A DNA stretch of 41,085 bases from Octopus bimaculoides. Its lineage: Eukaryota. Location of the stretch: NCBI RefSeq assembly GCF_001194135.2, contig NC_068997.1:13999369-14040453 (forward strand). Direction: 5' to 3'. Under the pieces are notes generated by a model, which searched no databases, was not told where the DNA came from, and worked only from the letters and a program-made list of their open reading frames with translations. The translations under genes and the position numbers were made by a program. Shown one piece after another: positions 34,615 through 41,085 of this stretch. Positions within the stretch are counted from its first letter, which is position 1, and the number at the start of each line of letters is the position of its first letter.

Positions 34615-36005
34615 CAGCTAATACATTTTCTCATTGACTGATGATAACAATGATGGTAGTGCTGAGAATTAATATTTTATATTACAAAAAAAAATTCTTG
34701 ATTATACTGACAAAAAGTACATCACTCGAGTTTATATAATTCTTCAAAAATTTTACTTCCCACATTGTTGTTTTATCTTAAATTCATGCTAGTGGGGGGT
34801 TGAATGGATCTACAAATTCATATATTTTCATTAGAAAAAAATTTCTTAAATTCAGCAAATCTTAATCACTGGGTATTTCTCCCCAAAGCAAAACCCTGAA
34901 AATAGCTTTGAATGTCAATCCTATTTTCAGCTAAGAGAGAAGCCAGACAAATGATTATTGTTTATTGCCTAAGGGCTGAACAGAATTGCTGAAAAATGAT
35001 TGCTTTTAATTTTATTTCATGTTTATTCCCATTACACACACACACATACATACATATATACACAAACAAGCACACATTTTTAAAGTATAAGTACATATAT
35101 ATTTATTTATATACGTAGGTGTGTTTGTAATTATACATACATATGTATGTGTGTTTGTTCATTGGAGAGAAAAGGACAGAGAGATAGAATGAGAGAGGGG
35201 TAAGAAAGTGACAGGCAGACTGACAAACAGAAAAGACAAAGAGTTAAAGGAAGAGGGAAAAAATCTCAGTAAAATTGGAAATTGTTTTTAATGATATTCA
35301 AATGAAACTATATAAACAAATAAACTCATTTTTCAAAGTTTTTTTCTCCATTTTATTTTTTATTTAAAGTTCTATCTATTTTATTTTTTCATTTATTTTT
35401 TTCCCCTCTAAATAAATCATATTTTATTTTAAAAATTGGAAAATATGTATGAATATATGTATATATATATATATANNNNNNNNNNNNNNNNNNNNNNNNN
35501 NNNNNNNNNNNNNNNNNNNNNNNNNNNNNNNNNNNNNNNNNNNNNNNNNNNNNNNNNNNNNNNNNNNNNNNNNNNNNNNNNNNNNNNNNNNNNNNNNNNN
35601 NNNNNNNNNNNNNNNNNNNNNNNNNNNNNNNNNNNNNNNNNNNNNNNNNNNNNNNNNNNNNNNNNNNNNNNNNNNNNNNNNNNNNNNNNNNNNNNNNNNN
35701 NNNNNNNNNNNNNNNNNNNNNNNNNNNNNNNNNNNNNNNNNNNNNNNNNNNNNNNNNNNNNNNNNNNNNNNNNNNNNNNNNNNNNNNNNNNNNNNNNNNN
35801 NNNNNNNNNNNNNNNNNNNNNNNNNNNNNNNNNNNNNNNNNNNNNNNNNNNNNNNNNNNNNNNNNNNNNNNNNNNNNNNNNNNNNNNNNNNNNNNNNNNN
35901 NNNNNNNNNNNNNNNNNNNNNNNNNNNNNNNNNNNNNNNNNNNNNNNNNNNNNNNNNNNNNNNNNNNNNNNNNNNNNNNNNNNNNNNNNNNNATATATGC
36001 ATATA

Positions 36006-36036
<31 letters not shown>

Positions 36037-36090
36037 GCATATATATATATATACATATGCATATATATACACATACATACACAGATTTAT

Positions 36091-36130
<40 letters not shown>

Positions 36131-36382
36131 ACATATATATGCATACATATATATACTTATATATATATATATATAGATAGATAGATATGTAACTAAATAG
36201 AAATATTCATATTTGTTTAAAAAATACAAATGGAGAAAAATAAATGTTAATATAAGTAAAAGACAATTTGGTTATTCCAAGACATCAGAATATACAAATA
36301 ATGGGAATAGTTAAAAATTTTCATTAACTTGTAGATTGCTCTTTATTTATCCACCTATTACCATTATTAACTGCAAGTAGCA

Positions 36383-36595
36383 AACTGGCAGAATCATTAG
36401 GTTATTAGGCAGAATGCTAAGTGGCATATCTTCAAGTTTCTTATGTTCTGTGTTCAAATGCCACCACCAGTGTCAATTTTAACTTTCATCCCTTTGTGGT
36501 CAACAGAATAAAGTACCAGTCAAGTAATGAGGTCCGTATAATGGAACATGCTCTTCCCAATTGCTGGTCACATGTTAAAATTTGAAACAACTCAT
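36383..36595 (+). mobile_element. SINE family A copy, old
   Basis: CTGGCAGAATCATTAG...GTTCAAAT...TTTCATCCCTTTGTGGTCAACAGAATAAAGTACCAG. Confidence 0.7.
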
Positions 36596-37530
36596 TAACT
36601 GTATGTGAGTACAGTTTATATATATGCAAACCAAAAAGACTATTTTTGGAGGAATTTTTTATGTCACTCTACTGTCTCATTTGGAAGGTTGCTAAGTCTT
36701 TGCCTTAATGTAAAATTCCCAAACTGAAGCGCATGGATTTCGACTGGAGGGAAAGGATATAATCAATAACAAAATTCTTGCATACAGGCATATTACTGCA
36801 ATCCAACATGGAAAGTGCTTTTCTACAGAAACATATATAAAGATTAAAGGAATATCAATGATATCTATACTAAAAAAGGAAAAGTTCTCTGCATTGGTCT
36901 GCATAGCTTTCTGGCTTATAGGTAGACCTTCCCACTAACAGTCTATCCTTACAAATGGTATATTATGTGTGTGTGTGTGCATGCATGTTGTGTGTATGTG
37001 TGTGCCTCATACCTTACTATCTAAACCAAAATAGTGGCATCACAGGATATCACAGGAGGTATAAATGAGACTATATAACATTTATCAGTCACCTCTCAAA
37101 ATTAGTTCCTTGCTATAGGACAATGGTCACATATTGAAGAAAACACACACAGATAAGTATATTTTTAGTGCTGGTACAGGCGTTACACATTTTTAGGGAA
37201 GAAGGTGTCTGTTAATTGAGTAGAATAGGGAATATCATTGGTATTTGCATTCATGTCTACTAAGAAGAAAGAGCAAGAAATTGACAGTGTTAATAGCCCT
37301 AGAAAGCTCCTACCATAAACTACAATGCCTATAAAGCTGGGTACACACACACAAATACACACATGCACAGAAATATAAATCTCTAATATATGCATATAGA
37401 CAGAAAGAAAGGGAAATAAAAGAAATATATGTATATATATAAGAATGTAAGTGAATGTATGTGTTTATATATATATGTATATAAATATGTGTGTATATAT
37501 GCACACATTGAAAGGGAAAGAGTAAAAGAA

Positions 37531-37580
<50 letters not shown>

Positions 37581-38212
37581 CAACATAAGTGAATGTATGT
37601 GTTTGCACACACATAGACACACACATATCATTGTCATCCACATCATCTTATATGTAAAACACACCTATAAAATATGAATTGAGAAAACAAGCCAGAACAG
37701 GAAGTAGAAGGAAATAAAAGTTTCTAAAAGATAGAGAGGATGGATAAAGTGAGAGCCATACAGAGAGAGAGAGACATAATGAGAGATTAAGAGAAAGAGA
37801 GAGAGATTATGAAAGAGAAAGAGAAAGAGTATTACACACACAGAATGATAAATAAAACAACAATAAACTGAGCTATTGAACCTAGTTGCAAAAGATGTTA
37901 TCCAACAGCAATGTAAAACATTTCCGCTTCAGATTCAAGTCAACATTCAACATTATAATAGTTACAACAACAGCAGTAACAACAACAATAATAATAATAT
38001 TAATAATATTGATATAAAAATTGCTAACTTCACAAAACTACAGCAAACAGCATGAATTGTAACTAAAATAGCAAGACCTAAACAATAACAAAATAAAAAT
38101 GTTAAAAACACCTGATAAAATTTTTAATACTAACAAACAATAATAATAACAGCAACTGCATTATTAAAAATAATAATATTAATTGTTAATGATATTATTA
38201 TTATTATCAATA

Positions 38213-38418
38213 AGGCAGTGAGCTGGTAGAATTGTTAGCATGCTGGACGAAATGCTTAGCAGTATTTTGTCTGCTGCTATGTTCTGAGTTCAAACTCTGC
38301 TAAGGCCAATGTTGCCTTTCATCCTTTTGGGGTCAATAAATTAAGTACCATTGACACACTAGGGTCGATGTAATCGACTAGTCCCTGCCCCCAAATTTCA
38401 GTCCTTGTGCAGAAAGGA
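38213..38418 (+). mobile_element. SINE family A copy
   Basis: AAGGCAGTGAGCTGGTAGAA...GAGTTCAAACTC...GCCTTTCATCCTTTTGGGGTC. Confidence 0.8.
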
Positions 38419-38461
38419 TTATTATTATTATTATTATTTGAAGTAGCTCAGCAGAAATGTA

Positions 38462-38525
38462 ATAGATAGATAGAAGAGTTCTTTACTTTTGTATACAAAT
38501 GTAAAGAACTCTTCTATCTATCTAT
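38462..38525. repeat. 64-bp near-perfect spacerless palindrome
   Basis: ATAGATAGATAGAAGAGTTCTTTAC-T-TTTGTATACAAA-T-GTAAAGAACTCTTCTATCTATCTAT; one T/T mismatch. Confidence 0.95.
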
Positions 38526-38547
38526 CTATTATTATTATTATTATTTA

Positions 38548-38745
38548 AGGTAGCATGCTGGCAGAATCGTTAGCACGTCTGGTGAAATGCTGCTATGTTT
38601 ACGTCCCCGTAACTTAGCGGTCCGGCAAAAGAGACCGATAGAATAAGTACTAGGTTTCCAAAGAATAAATCCTGGGGTTGATTTGCTCAACTAAAAGCGG
38701 TGCTCCAGCATGGCCGCAGTCAAATGAGTAAAACAAGAGTAAAGA
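38548..38745 (+). mobile_element. Internally deleted SINE (family A head joined to a CORE-like tail)
   Basis: GCTGGCAGAATCGTTAGCACG...GAAATGCT is joined directly to GTTTACGTCCCCGTAACTTAGCGGTCCGGCAAAAGAGACCG. Confidence 0.7.
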
Positions 38746-39948
38746 ATAAGTGTATATATGGGTGGGGGGATGTGAGCGTGTGGCAAAGAACATGCAGAAA
38801 ATTCTAAATCAAATGCAAGATAACATCATGTTGATAAACTCTTACCTTCTAAACTATGACCACTGTGCTCCAATTTACTTTTTACAAGGACCCCTGATTT
38901 ATATATGTCAAAACTGGCTCAACAATTGTTTTTCAAGAGGATGTCCTCTCTGAATTAAGTTCAAAACAATTTTATTTTTCTATGTAAAGTAGTGCAATTT
39001 ATATACATTTATTTAGTGATTTTCTCACCACTAATTCAGCAACTATGGTGAAGTCTGTGTTTTGCTGATGTGTTCAGAATAATGTAGAAACTGATCCAGA
39101 GTAGTCTCCTATATTTGTCAAACCAATTACAATAATATTAGTCAGTGAGAAATATCATTTTCCCCCGTGTAATTATTTCTGGCTAGCTTGTGTATGAATC
39201 CAACATTAAATACGTTAACACTCACTGAACTATTGTTTATTGAGCTGAGGATATCTCTAAACCGTTTATTCAATAAATAATCCTATTTTGCCAACCAATA
39301 TGAAATCTTCCTTTACTCATCACTACTTCAGGTAATGCAGTAAAGTCTACTCTTAGCTAATGAAGTCATAATAAGTTTGTGACATAAGTCATGCTTCAAT
39401 GATGAGAAGCATGAAGAATGTATTGAATATCAAAGAAATTTCATTAAAAGTCCATGACAGTTTGTATAATGCAGGCATCACTATGCAGTTCGTAATACAA
39501 GAGAAGCAAACTATTGGATCATATTTACCAGAAATTAACCAGAAATAAGGATTCCACACACAAATAAAGACTCATCTGTTGAACTTTGACGAGATAGAAC
39601 GTCATACATATCAAAGCATATATTTTCATTGACATCGTTTTCTGTCAATTGTCCATGCTTGCACAGGTGAGCATTATCCAAACTAGTTTTATTTGAGCCA
39701 CTAATTTTCTAGTTGTGGCAGGGAACTATTTCTCATTTGTACACATCCTGCCTGAGAATATTGTATCTATGGTTGCATGCCCTTCCTAACACCAACCAGA
39801 TTATAGAGTGTACGGGTCCATTTTAGCATGGCACTAGCATTCGAAAGATTGTCATGCCCTTGACAAGATTAATAAGTTCTGTTAAGCATATGTTAGTGTG
39901 TACATGATATTTTTTGTGTGTACACATGTACATGTTGACATACTCACA

Positions 39949-40043
<95 letters not shown>

Positions 40044-40113
40044 TTAGAACTTCCAGTGAAGTCATTCTTTTTCTATTTCAAATATACCTAACTGTACCAA
40101 GGATTTCACACAA

Positions 40114-40143
<30 letters not shown>

Positions 40144-40144
<1 letters not shown>

Positions 40145-40367
40145 CAATAGGAATACAAAATACAAAATGGCTGATAGTTAGCAAGGTGAGACACACATAA
40201 GAAGGAAGGAAACAAAGGACCACTGATGAGGTCACAGAAGTGTGATGAAAGAACTCTGGCCGAAATAAGATTAAGATTAATGTAATATAAAGCTGAAGCA
40301 AATTAACACCAAATATGCAGTGCGTGTGTTTTTATTGGCTAAACTGGCAATATGACCATCCCCAAGT

Positions 40368-40374
<7 letters not shown>
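40144..40374 (+). mobile_element. 230-bp cassette between two (TA)n tracts containing a hammerhead fold; candidate Penelope-like terminal repeat
   Basis: Pure (TA)n on both sides; hammerhead at 40218-40261. Confidence 0.6.
40218..40261 (+). ncRNA. Type I minimal hammerhead fold, partly decayed
   Basis: Helix I CCA(40220-22)/TGG(40257-59); CTGATGA(40223-29); G; stem II GTCACA/TGTGAT with a GAAG loop; GAAA(40247-50); helix III AG-aa-CT; C17 at 40256. Confidence 0.6.
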
Positions 40375-40413
<39 letters not shown>

Positions 40414-40589
40414 TATGGTCAGACTAGCTTGTATAGTGAAATGTGAAAATACATGGCACACTACATAAGCCTGTATATATCAAATGATTCTTATCTCTTA
40501 CTGGATGGAGAACATTTTGTTAATCACACAAATAATGGAACTGCAAATCATATAAGTGAAAGAAAGGTGGAGAAAATTGTAGTTGAATA

Positions 40590-40697
40590 CCAAGGGTAGT
40601 GTAAAAGAACACAACGCATCGCCCGGTTCAGGAATTGAAACCACAATCTTACAATTATGGTGCCGGCACCCTAACCACTAAGCCATGAGCCTCCACA
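40590..40697 (-). mobile_element. tRNA-headed SINE 5' portion
   Basis: Minus strand GTGGAGGCTCATGGCTTAGTGGTTAGGGTG...GGTTTCAATTCC; same family as 24225. Confidence 0.75.
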
Positions 40698-41044
40698 CAC
40701 ACACACACACACTCATATATAAATATATATATAATCCATTTTGGGAACAGTGTATCTTGAAGCACATAATGCTGTAAATAACAGCATGTAAGTTAGTATG
40801 TTAGTCTGAGAAATTATGGGGATAAAAAATTTCAAAGATGGCACACTGAACACATTGATATGAACCCACATAGCTAGCAGATCTTGAAATTCTATCCAGA
40901 AGTATTTTATAATCCAATATTTAATTGCAATTATTTATAGCTTCATCTGCTTCGAGATCCACTATTCCCAAAAAATATTACTTCACATTCTCTAGAAAGT
41001 TTATAAATTCTTATGAAATCAACAATATATGTAACACATAAATA

Positions 41045-41085
<41 letters not shown>

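Noticed and set aside
9376-36229. Long ORFs (200-650 aa) made mostly of X
   Set aside because: They stay open only because they cross N-gaps (for example 9537-10205, 10710-11297, 14730-15210, 16317-17311, 18060-18686, 28112-28536, 35476-35992).
36789-36921. Open phase-1 frame GIITAIQHGK...FWLIG with cag acceptor
   Set aside because: Mediocre donor, competing minus-strand reading and no supporting chain.
39586-39610. TTGACGAGATAGAACGTCATAC resembling a collapsed version of the 25800 motif
   Set aside because: No stem II and no GAAA; likely chance.
110-41085. Dozens of [12 protein letters not shown] and poly-I/L ORFs in the track
   Set aside because: They are translations of di- and trinucleotide microsatellites, not genes.

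Overview
This is an AT-rich animal genomic window saturated with microsatellites and broken by 12 N-gaps. The repeat content ((TA)n/(CA)n/(AAT)n/(GAT)n tracts, tRNA-headed SINEs, RTE LINE tails) points to a cephalopod, most likely Octopus; this is an inference from pattern recognition. Almost every ORF in the supplied track is an artefact of dinucleotide repeats or N-runs. Real content: (1) a chain of small, largely phase-compatible + strand exons from about 6.8 to 34.6 kb, encoding a protein I cannot name; (2) retroelement relics, namely two near-identical inverted RTE 3' ends, an R4/Dong restriction-like endonuclease fragment inside an (AAT)n tract, and a decayed Penelope-like GIY-YIG fragment; (3) many SINEs and piggyBac-, hAT- and foldback-type MITEs; (4) at least four hammerhead-ribozyme folds (7181-7226 minus; 14553-14603, 25797-25830 and 40218-40261 plus) carried by short cassettes with no evident similarity to each other. 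Three cassettes sit beside or between (TA)n tracts and one forms the tail of a tRNA-headed SINE. All folds and splice models were read by eye and need computational and experimental confirmation.
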